Shown in pieces: positions 30,287 to 38,969 of a stretch of 64,000 bases of DNA (the first letter of the stretch is position 1; each line of letters opens with the position of its first letter). The translations under genes and the position numbers were made by a program. The DNA comes from a virus. Its lineage: Duplodnaviria > Caudoviricetes. The notes under the pieces were generated by a model that was not told the origin of the DNA, ran no database searches, and saw nothing but the letters and a program-made list of their open reading frames with translations. The stretch lies in IMG/VR virus record IMGVR_UViG_3300031555_001441, positions 80,270 through 144,269 of that record, one strand, 5' to 3'.

Positions 30287-30802
30287 TTATTTTGCATACA
30301 GCGCATTGTTGACAATAGTGTATCCATGTTTATATAACGATTCATCGCTATTGATTGTATCTCCTGTAAGGAGTTCATCGAGCAGCTCCCGAATCAATCT
30401 GACTTCATTCTTGATGATTATGTCAGGAGCGTCAAGAACAATGAGTTTTGATAATCTTATATTTCTGTTATATATGTTTGCGAGCAGCCGAGCTACATAT
30501 GCAAATGAAATCATATCGTCATCATATATTCGGAGGACATCGTCTACGGGAATTTCATTGATACATACATCAGAGTAGTTATGCTCTTTTCTGAATTCGG
30601 CTACTTTCCGGTCAGCAAGCTCTCTGAAATCTTCATCGTGAGAAAAATATTCAAACACTGTATACTCCAGCTTTTCATCAGGCGTAAGCATTTTGTAATC
30701 AGTTTGTGTAAGCAGCATCTCAGCACAGTCTCTTTCGGTCATGTCCATATCAGATAGTGCGGACAGCGGAATAATCGATACAGGAAATTTGATGTTTTTC
30801 AT
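30287..30802 (-). CDS. hypothetical protein inserted in the RNA island
   Basis: 171-aa ORF with AGGAG RBS. Confidence 0.65.
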   Translation of the reverse strand: MKNIKFPVSIIPLSALSDMDMTERDCAEMLLTQTDYKMLTPDEKLEYTVFEYFSHDEDFRELADRKVAEFRKEHNYSDVCINEIPVDDVLRIYDDDMISFAYVARLLANIYNRNIRLSKLIVLDAPDIIIKNEVRLIRELLDELLTGDTINSDESLYKHGYTIVNNALYAK

Positions 30803-30839
30803 TATTTGATACTATCTCCTTATTACTATGAATATGCAG

Positions 30840-30911
30840 AGCTGGTGAATGGAGTCGAACCATCAATCCGTGCATTACAAGTGCACTGCTCTACCATTGA
30901 GCCACACCAGC
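30840..30911 (-). tRNA. tRNA-Thr(UGU)
   Basis: Cloverleaf; GTGCA-CT-TGT-AA-TGCAC. Confidence 0.92.
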
Positions 30912-30919
30912 AAATTAAA

Positions 30920-31059
30920 TTGAACCTAAATGACGAATGCGGTTATTCCAGCCTCAACACACGACTATTGTGCGCACTCACGGTGTACTATAGCGGTTTC
31001 TGTGGAGTCTGCTTGCAATCAGACGTTATCCACCATTTGCTCACTTCATTTAGATTCAA
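30920..31059 (-). ncRNA. family A ~140-nt RNA, copy 1
   Basis: 14-bp closing stem with a G-U pair on the minus strand; core shared with 33004-33138. Confidence 0.6.
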
Positions 31060-31390
31060 AGTGTAAGGACTAGCGAATCACCTTACTGTACCTATCTCCG
31101 CTTTCAAGGCTTTCGATTGCGCTCTATTAGGTAGAATTACACAACACTTTTAATTCAGATTCCTGACTTGACTCAGCATGAGTATCTGAACACCTAATAG
31201 AGAAATCAATTTAATAAAAGTTACCGTCACTTTCGCTCGGATTGATTACCGCGTTTCCTGCCTCATGGCAGTCACTCTTGTTCTGTCTTTGCAGTTGAGT
31301 TACGTCTCCCTATCATGATTCCGTTTGATCTGTCGGAGCAGCACGGAGATCGGTTAGCCTTGCTATTATTTCAAGCCAACAGTAACTTTT
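31060..31390 (-). ncRNA. ~330-nt structured RNA sharing motifs with the 1150-nt RNA
   Basis: Closed domains at 31216-31390 and 31122-31202; shared 16-mer and CGAAAGCC..CGGAGA..GGTAC. Confidence 0.55.
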
Positions 31391-31467
<77 letters not shown>

Positions 31468-31585
31468 ATGAATTTGAAAGTTCAGTCCGCCTTTCAGCCA
31501 TTCCAGTAAGGGCGATACACAGCTTACAAGTCTCTGGCATCTGATACCTACGAGAGGTAACCATAACACGCGTTGTTATGTATTA

Positions 31586-31700
31586 TAGGCTGTTCTACAC
31601 ACATTTAACTACTTCTGTCCAGTTCGTCTACTAACCCAAGCGTCCTATCCAGCAACGCTCCCGATATTCGGACGGGCGTTCATCCGCATCGTAGCACCTA
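31586..31700 (-). ncRNA. family B ~115-nt RNA, copy 1
   Basis: AGGTGCTACGA...TAAATG...GAACAGCCT handles. Confidence 0.55.
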
Positions 31701-31720
31701 CGTATTATATAACGATTCTA

Positions 31721-32101
31721 TTATTTAACTATGTCCTTGCTCAACAGATGAAAACATAAGAATTCGTAATTTTTAATCAAATGTGTATTTGTCGACTCAT
31801 CATACTCTATATAACCAGTACCGTAAGGTGTTAAATAATAATCAGACATCATAATATCTGCGATTGATTGCAAACTAGGTGATAGGACTGTCTCTGCAGA
31901 CTTATTGTCATCGTTAAGATCCGTAACAAACCCTAACCACTCACCTTCTCTACTGAATATATGTGTAGGATGCTCTTCAGATATCTGAGAAGCTAGAGAT
32001 TTATAGAAATCTTTCGGATATGTCCAACCTGATCTACGTTCGGTTTCAGTTGAGTTTAATGGCATCAATTGAAACGTGCATTTTACTTTCTCAGTACTCA
32101 T
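31721..32101 (-). CDS. hypothetical protein
   Basis: 126-aa ORF with GAGG RBS. Confidence 0.6.
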   Translation of the reverse strand: MSTEKVKCTFQLMPLNSTETERRSGWTYPKDFYKSLASQISEEHPTHIFSREGEWLGFVTDLNDDNKSAETVLSPSLQSIADIMMSDYYLTPYGTGYIEYDESTNTHLIKNYEFLCFHLLSKDIVK

Positions 32102-32111
32102 GTTGTACCTC

Positions 32112-32474
32112 TTACTTATCTAAATGACACTTATAATGTTCACTGTGATCATATATGAGTGTTGGATCATCCCTTAAGCCGAATTCTGTTTTAATTCGAG
32201 GAATAAAGTTCTCAGAAATGTTCGGGTTCATATAGATAACAGCTCTGCCCTTGTTGTCGATATCAACACGGCCTCTTGGATAGTATTTGAAATTGTGTTT
32301 GCAGCCTTTCGGCTTGACGTAGGGCCACAGTCTTTCGTGATTGTATGTGTTGCCGGACTTTGCGATTCCCTCGGTGTAATCATCTTCTACAAACGGGAAC
32401 GCTAACAGCTCGTCATCTACTATCCAGAACACGCCGCGTCTCGTTTCTTTTGCAGCTGTTATCAATCTTTTCAT
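32112..32474 (-). CDS. hypothetical protein with MKRLITAA tag
   Basis: GVFW...H...W...YYPRGRV...HYKC pattern seen in phage proteins. Confidence 0.65.
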   Translation of the reverse strand: MKRLITAAKETRRGVFWIVDDELLAFPFVEDDYTEGIAKSGNTYNHERLWPYVKPKGCKHNFKYYPRGRVDIDNKGRAVIYMNPNISENFIPRIKTEFGLRDDPTLIYDHSEHYKCHLDK

Positions 32475-32506
32475 AAGTTACGTCTTTCTCAATTTAAACA
32501 CAATCA

Positions 32507-32738
32507 AATCATCTCAAGGCTACCACTCCGCATCTACTCGCAAGCTCTAAATAAGATACTCACTTGCTCCTAGCTCGAAAGCTTTTCCTACCTCCTCGAA
32601 GTTGGGCTGATATTTCGCCTACAGACCAGTTCTCTTAAGAGTTTACAACCGTGTCTCCCTTCGGTGAGCTCTTTCTTTCTCATCAATTCGGACTCTCGAT
32701 CTCTGACCTTCGCTTACTATATAAACCTCGAGATGATT
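32507..32738 (-). ncRNA. putative structured ncRNA, ~230 nt
   Basis: 13-bp closing stem AAUCAUCUCGAGG/CCUUGAGAUGAUU (G-U on the minus strand). Confidence 0.5.
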
Positions 32739-32924
32739 AACCACGGAACTTTTCACGCCTGCTCCTGCATCGTAGGTAGCATCCGTTTCAATTCTATAAA
32801 CCCCAGCGTAGGGTGGCAATATATTTTGACATGCCGTACTCGTGCTACGCACATACCAGTGAATTTACGGTATATATCATTTCAACCGAAGGCTTCACCC
32901 TGCTAACTTAATGGGACTAATCCC

Positions 32925-32998
32925 TGGAGCAGATACGGAGAATCGAACTCCGACGATGAGATTGGAAATCTCAGGTTCTACCATTAAACTACATCTGC
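32925..32998 (-). tRNA. tRNA-Gly(UCC)
   Basis: Cloverleaf; TGAGA-TT-TCC-AA-TCTCA; CCA encoded. Confidence 0.93.
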
Positions 32999-33003
32999 AT
33001 ATT

Positions 33004-33138
33004 GAATCTGAAGAAAGAATATAAGTTATTCCTAATCAACACAACGACTATTAAAACGCACGTGCTCACGATGTATTATATAGGTTTCTCAAAGCCACTC
33101 TGCAGAGTGATATTTTTCGTCTCTCAATCTTCAGATTT
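33004..33138 (-). ncRNA. family A ~135-nt RNA, copy 2
   Basis: Closing stem AATCTGAAGA/TCTTCAGATT; core shared with 30920-31059. Confidence 0.6.
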
Positions 33139-33266
33139 TGGTGCACTCTACAAGATTCGAACTTGTCTAAACTGTCTGTAGCTTCTTCTACATATCAGCT
33201 CTTAGTTTCAGGCATCAAGAAGTATTGCCTTAGACCTTAGTGTTCTTCCAAATGAACTAAGAGTGC
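33139..33266 (-). ncRNA. 128-nt tRNA-like RNA with an enlarged anticodon/variable region
   Basis: Perfect acceptor GCACTCT/AGAGTGC-A-CCA; D arm GTTC/GAAC; T arm ACAAG-TTCGAAT-CTTGT; ~70-nt two-hairpin centre. Confidence 0.7.
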
Positions 33267-33351
33267 AGAATTGAGCCTCAGGGCGTCCCCATGTTGGCTC
33301 AGTGACAGTTGTGGTGTTCAGTCACTTCGAGTCAGTAGACTGTCAACTACT

Positions 33352-33512
33352 TAGCACAACTTTTAAGGATGAAGTTTGTGCCTTATCATAACCGCCCGTG
33401 TCGTAGGTCGCCCGCCACCTTTTTTGAACATGAGGCATGGAAGCTTCCTCAGCTAACAATGAGAGTCTAACTCATGTCTTCACCCCGAAGGGTCGCACTC
33501 CACGTTGTGCTA
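33352..33512 (-). ncRNA. putative structured ncRNA, ~160 nt
   Basis: 9-bp closing stem TAGCACAAC/GTTGTGCTA; CCC-TTCG-GGG tetraloop hairpin. Confidence 0.45.
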
Positions 33513-33528
33513 TGTTAGCATATTAAGT

Positions 33529-33668
33529 TGATGCAGGTAAGGATTTCCACCTTACATGAGCAAGTCTAAGTACACGATTTGACATTTTGTGGAATTACAC
33601 CTCTACGGGTACCGCAATCTTACTATCTCTACTCTTGTTCAAGCGTCTACGTATTCCGCCACTGCATC
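33529..33668 (-). ncRNA. 140-nt tRNA-Leu-like RNA with a long extended anticodon arm
   Basis: Acceptor GATGCAG/CTGCATC-A; Leu-type D arm GCGGAAT..GTAGACGC; atypical T loop TGGAAAT. Confidence 0.6.
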
Positions 33669-33774
33669 TGAGAGCCTAGACCTATATCACTCTCCGGTCC
33701 TCTGCAAGCTCTTTGAGGACTTTATCCGTTTCTGCGCGCATCCGACGAATACACTCGGACATTTCTAAATTGAA

Positions 33775-33895
33775 TTGTAGGCTGTTCATCAAACTCCATT
33801 TAACATGTACTGCTGCTCTATCCGATTTACGCTCAGGAACCTCCTGCATCTCGTCAAATACCGCTTACGATTCGGAAGCTTCGTAGCACCTACAA
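33775..33895 (-). ncRNA. family B ~120-nt RNA, copy 2
   Basis: TTGTAGG/CCTACAA stem with the same handles. Confidence 0.6.
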
Positions 33896-34059
33896 CTCTT
33901 GTTGTTTCTTCCCTGTGTCGTAGAGAACACACGCCTTTCACTGTAGTAGAAAAAGTAATTACTGCACGCTCGATTCTACCGTACTGACATAACGACCAAA
34001 AATGTTATGGAAATTTATTGGATCTCAGTAACTTGGAACGTCATTACCGAGAAGCGGTC

Positions 34060-34134
34060 TGGCTGAGGTAGCTGGATTTGAACCAGCGATGCAGGAGTCA
34101 AAGTCCTGTGTCTTGACCACTTGACTATACCCCA
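34060..34134 (-). tRNA. tRNA-Gln(UUG)
   Basis: Cloverleaf; CAGGA-CT-TTG-AC-TCCTG; CCA encoded. Confidence 0.93.
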
Positions 34135-34153
34135 ATATTTTGCAAGATTATAA

Positions 34154-34231
34154 TGGTTGTGAAGGTTGGACTTGAACCAACTTAATAACGTGCCTACATG
34201 TTATCGGCGTTGTGATTTCAATCACTTCAAG
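34154..34231 (-). ncRNA. aberrant tRNA-like RNA
   Basis: T arm GTTGG-TTCAAGT-CCAAC and CCA end; partial acceptor; non-standard D and anticodon arms. Confidence 0.55.
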
Positions 34232-34344
34232 AAGCAGTTTCTTACCTTACTCGAGATATTCTCAGTCTTACTTCTAACGTTGTCAGCGGAACATGCACCC
34301 GCCCGACTCGACCCTTCGCCTTCTTCACTATATCTTTTTAAACT

Positions 34345-34413
34345 AGGATTGTGTGAGAGTCGAACTCACTCCTGCAGTTTCTGAGGCTGCTGTGCGCCGT
34401 ACACCATCGCTCC
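34345..34413 (-). pseudogene. degenerate tRNA (loop CT-CAG-AA)
   Basis: T arm GTGAG-TTCGACT-CTCAC intact; acceptor stem has 3 mismatches; no CCA. Confidence 0.55.
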
Positions 34414-34484
34414 ATATAGATTGTACTTTCTTACTTACGTAGAAGAAACTTTTAAGAAGACGGATACATACTAAAAGCTTAATA

Positions 34485-35634
34485 TGGAGTTGGCAGTCTT
34501 TCCCACTGACTGCCTGAGACTCTATCTCTCATCACAGTCCTCTGTCACATTACTGTGCTCTTCGGCTTTTACCTCCACTAACGGAGGCGAGAGTCTCCCT
34601 GACATCCTTAGTACTTGCACAATCTGGCTTCACTTAATAGGAACATCGCTACGTTTCAGGTATAAGTACCAACAGCTTCGCCTCCCTCCGCAGGGACTTC
34701 CTCTGGACTCAGACCAGACTTTCCACCATTGAATACATACGATGCTATTCCATGTCGCATCCTATTTAAGTATATCGGAGTTTCACCGACACCTTACGAG
34801 AATCCGAACCCACCAATTCTCTGAGTACTACTGGCTCGCTTTAGTAATGCGATGCCTGACTGTTCCGAAGTTCGTCCGCAACTGTCTGAGTTTAACGGGC
34901 TATTTCTCCTTACTGAATCCTGAGACTCGGATTGATTACCGAGGAGAGATTCAACGGCTCTTTTTGTGCCGAAGTCTCTATTAACCTTCGGCTAAATTCC
35001 TCTCTTCGAAAATCTCTGCGCAGATAAGAGGAATACTTTAGGATGTAGTGGCAACCTCACTTTACTATAATCCACTACGTTACTCGAAGTACCTCTCCGA
35101 ATTTTTCGGCTTTCGCTAATCCAGTCTTACAACCTCGTACCTATTTACGGAGATACGCTGACCGAAGGTTTTAGTTAGAATAAGTGTAGCACCAACCTCA
35201 TTTGTGAAACTTGCTACCTACGGAGATACTTTTGCGCATTTCACGCATCCATCACCGTTCTTAGATCACTATCGTGTCTAAAGGTTGTTGATCTTAACTG
35301 GTACCTGAACCCACGAGTACCTTGGCGTTGTTGCACGCGTGTCCATCATTCAAGATATAACGGGCGACGTCCTTCCCGATCACGTATCATCGCTTTGATC
35401 AGAAGCGACTTCGAGATCAGCACCACTATTCATCTGAGGTAGATTTAATTCATCAACCACTTATCTGACTCTACGACCTTGTACTTCGGTGGTCATGCAC
35501 CTTCAGATCTCACTTTATTTCGAGCCTGTGAGCAGGACTTGGTGTGGAGAGCCTTTCTGTAGATACTTTCATGTGACTTTTTCACCTTTAGAGCGTACTC
35601 GCGAATACGACATCTTCAAGCTTCTCTAACTCCA
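34485..35634 (-). ncRNA. 1150-nt large structured ncRNA, GOLLD/ROOL-like candidate
   Basis: Begins 1 nt after the tRNA-Leu CCA; TGGAGTT/AACTCCA terminal stem; many hairpins; no credible minus-strand ORF. Confidence 0.6.
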
Positions 35635-35635
35635 C

Positions 35636-35719
35636 TGGTGCACCTGGAGAGACTTGAACTCTCACCCATCTTGGACTGGACCCTAAAACCAGCGCGTCTG
35701 CCATTTCCGCCACAGATGC
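35636..35719 (-). tRNA. tRNA-Leu(UAG)
   Basis: Class II cloverleaf; TT-TAG-GG loop; CCA encoded. Confidence 0.9.
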
Positions 35720-35725
35720 ATGTAT

Positions 35726-35836
35726 TATATCAGGCTGTTCATCCCACTCCATTTACCACTGCTGCTGCGTCCATTTACTCCGTTCCAGAAAGCTATTAAG
35801 GCGATCTGCGGTATAGGCTTCGTGGCACCTGATATA
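35726..35836 (-). ncRNA. family B ~110-nt RNA, copy 3
   Basis: TATATCAGG/CCTGATATA stem with the same handles. Confidence 0.6.
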
Positions 35837-35845
35837 TTTGATTTT

Positions 35846-35913
35846 TACAAGTATATTATAAGCCCTACTGATTATGTCAGTATTATATATTTATTAAATT
35901 TTTATAAATTTTA
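35846..35913 (-). promoter_or_regulatory. 68-bp class C repeat, copy 2, at the head of the RNA island
   Basis: Near-identical to 5655-5722. Confidence 0.75.
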
Positions 35914-36159
35914 GAGATAAATACTAATAAAATCTGTATCTTTCTCAATTATTAAAGGTCCAACGCAGATCTGATTGATGTCAATTGATTCTCAAATTCT
36001 TTCTGATACTTATCTCGTAAACAATTAAGTTCAGAAATGTACTGTGATCTTAATTCTTTGAATATGTCCATGGAATGTTTAAGTTCAACTGCTTTTTGAA
36101 TCACTTCCGAATCGCATCCGATGATCTTGTATTCTGCCACTTGAGTCTGTCTCCTACTG

Positions 36160-36540
36160 TTAATATCTTTGAATCAGTTCAAATCCGTGTTTATTGCAGA
36201 CATCTTCGACTGCTGCTTTCTGACATAACGCAATCGTTCTGAGATCTGAAGCTACTACGATTCCTTTAGCATCTAGTAATATATAACGATCTCGAGTGCT
36301 ATTGTACAGCACGATATACTTAGAAATCAAAGTAGAATTTCTGTAAGTCCGCATTGAAAAGAGACCTTTTTCAATTTTACTCTGGTCTGCCGGATCAAAA
36401 TCAAGTACTGGAAATTTCTGATGTACTAAGATGCACTTTCCTTGTGCCGGAACTTCTTTCTGTAGATTTACAGAAGAGCCCATTAGTAACATGTATCGAT
36501 CAGATCCTGTATCTTTTGCAAGTACTCTTTCGGGTGTCAT
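36160..36540 (-). CDS. hypothetical protein
   Basis: 126-aa ORF with GGAG RBS. Confidence 0.6.
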   Translation of the reverse strand: MTPERVLAKDTGSDRYMLLMGSSVNLQKEVPAQGKCILVHQKFPVLDFDPADQSKIEKGLFSMRTYRNSTLISKYIVLYNSTRDRYILLDAKGIVVASDLRTIALCQKAAVEDVCNKHGFELIQRY

Positions 36541-36735
36541 AGTGTGTATCTCCTATATTCCTAATATATTGGCGAGTATCTGTTCTTTTCCATATACGCC
36601 ATTATTGATAAGCTCATGTTTGAATCGTTCGTAGTCCTGCCAAGTTGCTTTTCGATGCTGTCGTTTCAGCTGTTCTTTGTACTTCTGAGCACGAGCTAAT
36701 ATTTCATCGGCAATAGTAGAATCTGATAACATCTC

Positions 36736-38553
36736 TCATCCTCCTATTTCTATCATTTTAGCTTCAAGCTGCTCAAGTGTTGGAACTTTAACACCGGCAA
36801 ATATCATCTGAATATCCTTCATATTCAATAACGATTCGAAGACTTTGTCGATATTTATATCGTCAAGATGATCAAACGAGTCGTCTATCATAACAAGTTT
36901 CAGAGGACACTCGGCAAACTTGATGATAGAAATGAGGAGAGCAAGATTAAACAAGCATTTCTCTCCAGAAGATAACATATCATAAGGGACATAACCTAAA
37001 GGGAAAGTTAGACCGTAAGAGAAACTATTCGATTTACCTTCTGTAACAAACGTGATTGATACATCGTCACCGAAGAATTTTTGAATGATAGGTTTCATGT
37101 CGTTAATGAGTACGTCAAATGGATTTGTACCTGAATTGTGACTCTGTAATCCATTGACACTTGTGAGTTTGTCCCACACCTTATATGCATCTAACAGATT
37201 TGAAACCTCAAACTTCTGTTTGGTCATTGTATCAATAAGATTTGTATACTGTTCATTTGCAATGACTTTCGCCTGCAGGTCAGACAGCTCAGCGAGTCTA
37301 TTATTCCAGTAACTTACATCGATATCAAGATCTGTCAATCCTTCCGGCAGTTTCAGAAGAGTAGCTTTGAGTGCATCACGTCTTTCATATCTGTGTTTGA
37401 TATCAAGCTGTTTAGCTGATGCTTCTTGAAACTTCGACGCGATGTCACGTCGAGATGTTTCAAAGTTGTTTAGATCTGAACTGCATTTATCGAATTCATC
37501 CTGCTTAGCTTTCAGCTGCATTCTAGTGTCTTCAATCATGTTACGAACGGATTCACACTCAGTCTTGGTATACGGGCAAACTCCAGAACTGTTAGCAACA
37601 TCCGTCAACTTCAAAATATCAGCGCTAAGCTGATTATATTTAGTACGAAGCGGTTCAATTTCAGCGTCTATTTGTTTAGCTTGCACTGCAAGATCAGCTC
37701 GGGCAGACTCTAGCTCTACGTAGTACGGATCAAGTTCTGCAGTTTCGACAGTACCTGCATACTTACAGAGCTCTTCATTTACTTTAGCATTTGCAGACAC
37801 TATTGCATTGTATTCAACTGCAACTTTCTGCTTAACACGAGCGTCTGTAATATCTTGTGCAAGTTGTAACTTATCTACACCGGCTGCGTCTTCATAGTAA
37901 ATGAGAGACTGAACGGTGGATGTAATTCTCTGAAGTTCTGATTTTGTTACCGATGTGAGCATTTTGAATCGTTCGTTTGCACTACGGATTTCGTCTACAC
38001 CTGATAGATTGAATCCGTTGATTGCATCTATAGTTTCCGCTATATCCTTGTCCGATACTGTGATATTGTTTTCTTCGAGACACTGACGTAATTCTGTTTC
38101 CCAATCTGTATGGAACTCCGCTGACGGTAGGAAGTTAATGAACCAGTCTTTCAGCTTGTTTGCAGTCATACCGACAAACTCAGTGAAGTTGAATATCGGC
38201 AACTCTATGGATCTCAAAATGACTTCAATATTGTATGAACCAGGCTGCACTGATATCGAAGGAAGAATGTTTGTTCCGGAACGTATCCATTCACGTGTGA
38301 CTGTTACTTCAGTTCCGTTGTCATCCAGAAGAAGCGTGATGCTCAAGAGACGCGACGACGCATGTGCAAAGATAGCAGATTTATTCTTATCAGTTCCCGG
38401 AATGTATCCAAGAAGTGCAAGCTGAATGGCTTGAAGCACTGTTGATTTGCCAGCACCATTCTGTCCATGCAGATAGTTGAAGTTCTGATCAAACTTATAT
38501 GTCTTTCTGGCTACATTGTGCAGACCTTCAATTGTTACTGATTTGATATACAT
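36736..38553 (-). CDS. SbcC/Rad50-like SMC ATPase
   Basis: Walker A GQNGAGKST, long coiled coil with a central CPY..C hook-like motif, LSSGEK signature, Walker B VMIDD. Confidence 0.88.
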   Translation of the reverse strand: MYIKSVTIEGLHNVARKTYKFDQNFNYLHGQNGAGKSTVLQAIQLALLGYIPGTDKNKSAIFAHASSRLLSITLLLDDNGTEVTVTREWIRSGTNILPSISVQPGSYNIEVILRSIELPIFNFTEFVGMTANKLKDWFINFLPSAEFHTDWETELRQCLEENNITVSDKDIAETIDAINGFNLSGVDEIRSANERFKMLTSVTKSELQRITSTVQSLIYYEDAAGVDKLQLAQDITDARVKQKVAVEYNAIVSANAKVNEELCKYAGTVETAELDPYYVELESARADLAVQAKQIDAEIEPLRTKYNQLSADILKLTDVANSSGVCPYTKTECESVRNMIEDTRMQLKAKQDEFDKCSSDLNNFETSRRDIASKFQEASAKQLDIKHRYERRDALKATLLKLPEGLTDLDIDVSYWNNRLAELSDLQAKVIANEQYTNLIDTMTKQKFEVSNLLDAYKVWDKLTSVNGLQSHNSGTNPFDVLINDMKPIIQKFFGDDVSITFVTEGKSNSFSYGLTFPLGYVPYDMLSSGEKCLFNLALLISIIKFAECPLKLVMIDDSFDHLDDINIDKVFESLLNMKDIQMIFAGVKVPTLEQLEAKMIEIGG

Positions 38554-38605
38554 TTGTTTTACTCCTTATATTTATTTACATGTTCAATAACGATTCATGA
38601 AAAAC

Positions 38606-38969
38606 TTATCTAATACGTCTCCAGCGACGTTGTTTCTGCATAAAGGAGAATTCATATGCATACATTCCTGGAATCAAAATATGAGGTTTCAATATTACTT
38701 GTCCTGACAACAATATGCTTTGAATCAAGTTTGGGAAATGTTCTATGATAACATGATCCTGGACTCGCTGTAGATCTGCGCTCTTTCGACGATGCACGTT
38801 AGGATATACGTTGGTATCAGGCAACACAGATATCAGACATCTATCTTCATACTCTGCAATACTAACTACGATTGCAACTCTATTTCGCTTTGAATCTATA
38901 TGATACGCAATACTGCGCAGCACATCAGCCGTCATTTTCGAATGATAATTGTTCTTGTTCATATTCATA
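38606..38969 (-). CDS. hypothetical protein (start uncertain)
   Basis: ORF overlapping the 3' end of the helicase gene; GGAG before MNMNK. Confidence 0.45.

Noticed and set aside
33139-33668. tmRNA
   Set aside because: The inserts are only ~70 nt, there is no G3-U70 alanine identity pair, and D stems are present.
33139-34413. Suppressor tRNAs and stop-codon reassignment (CTA in the 128-nt RNA; TCA register in 34345-34413)
   Set aside because: Neither has a proper anticodon arm in that register. Long genes are intact under the standard code, and TAG and TGA both end genes here.
34690-34706. RNase P RNA (GAGGAAGTCC resembles GAGGAAAGUCC)
   Set aside because: One A is missing, and I found no matching 3' P4 partner motif at a suitable distance.
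34940-34965. Group II intron domain V (GAGCCGTTGA)
   Set aside because: No downstream CGGTT partner or domain VI, and no interrupted gene.
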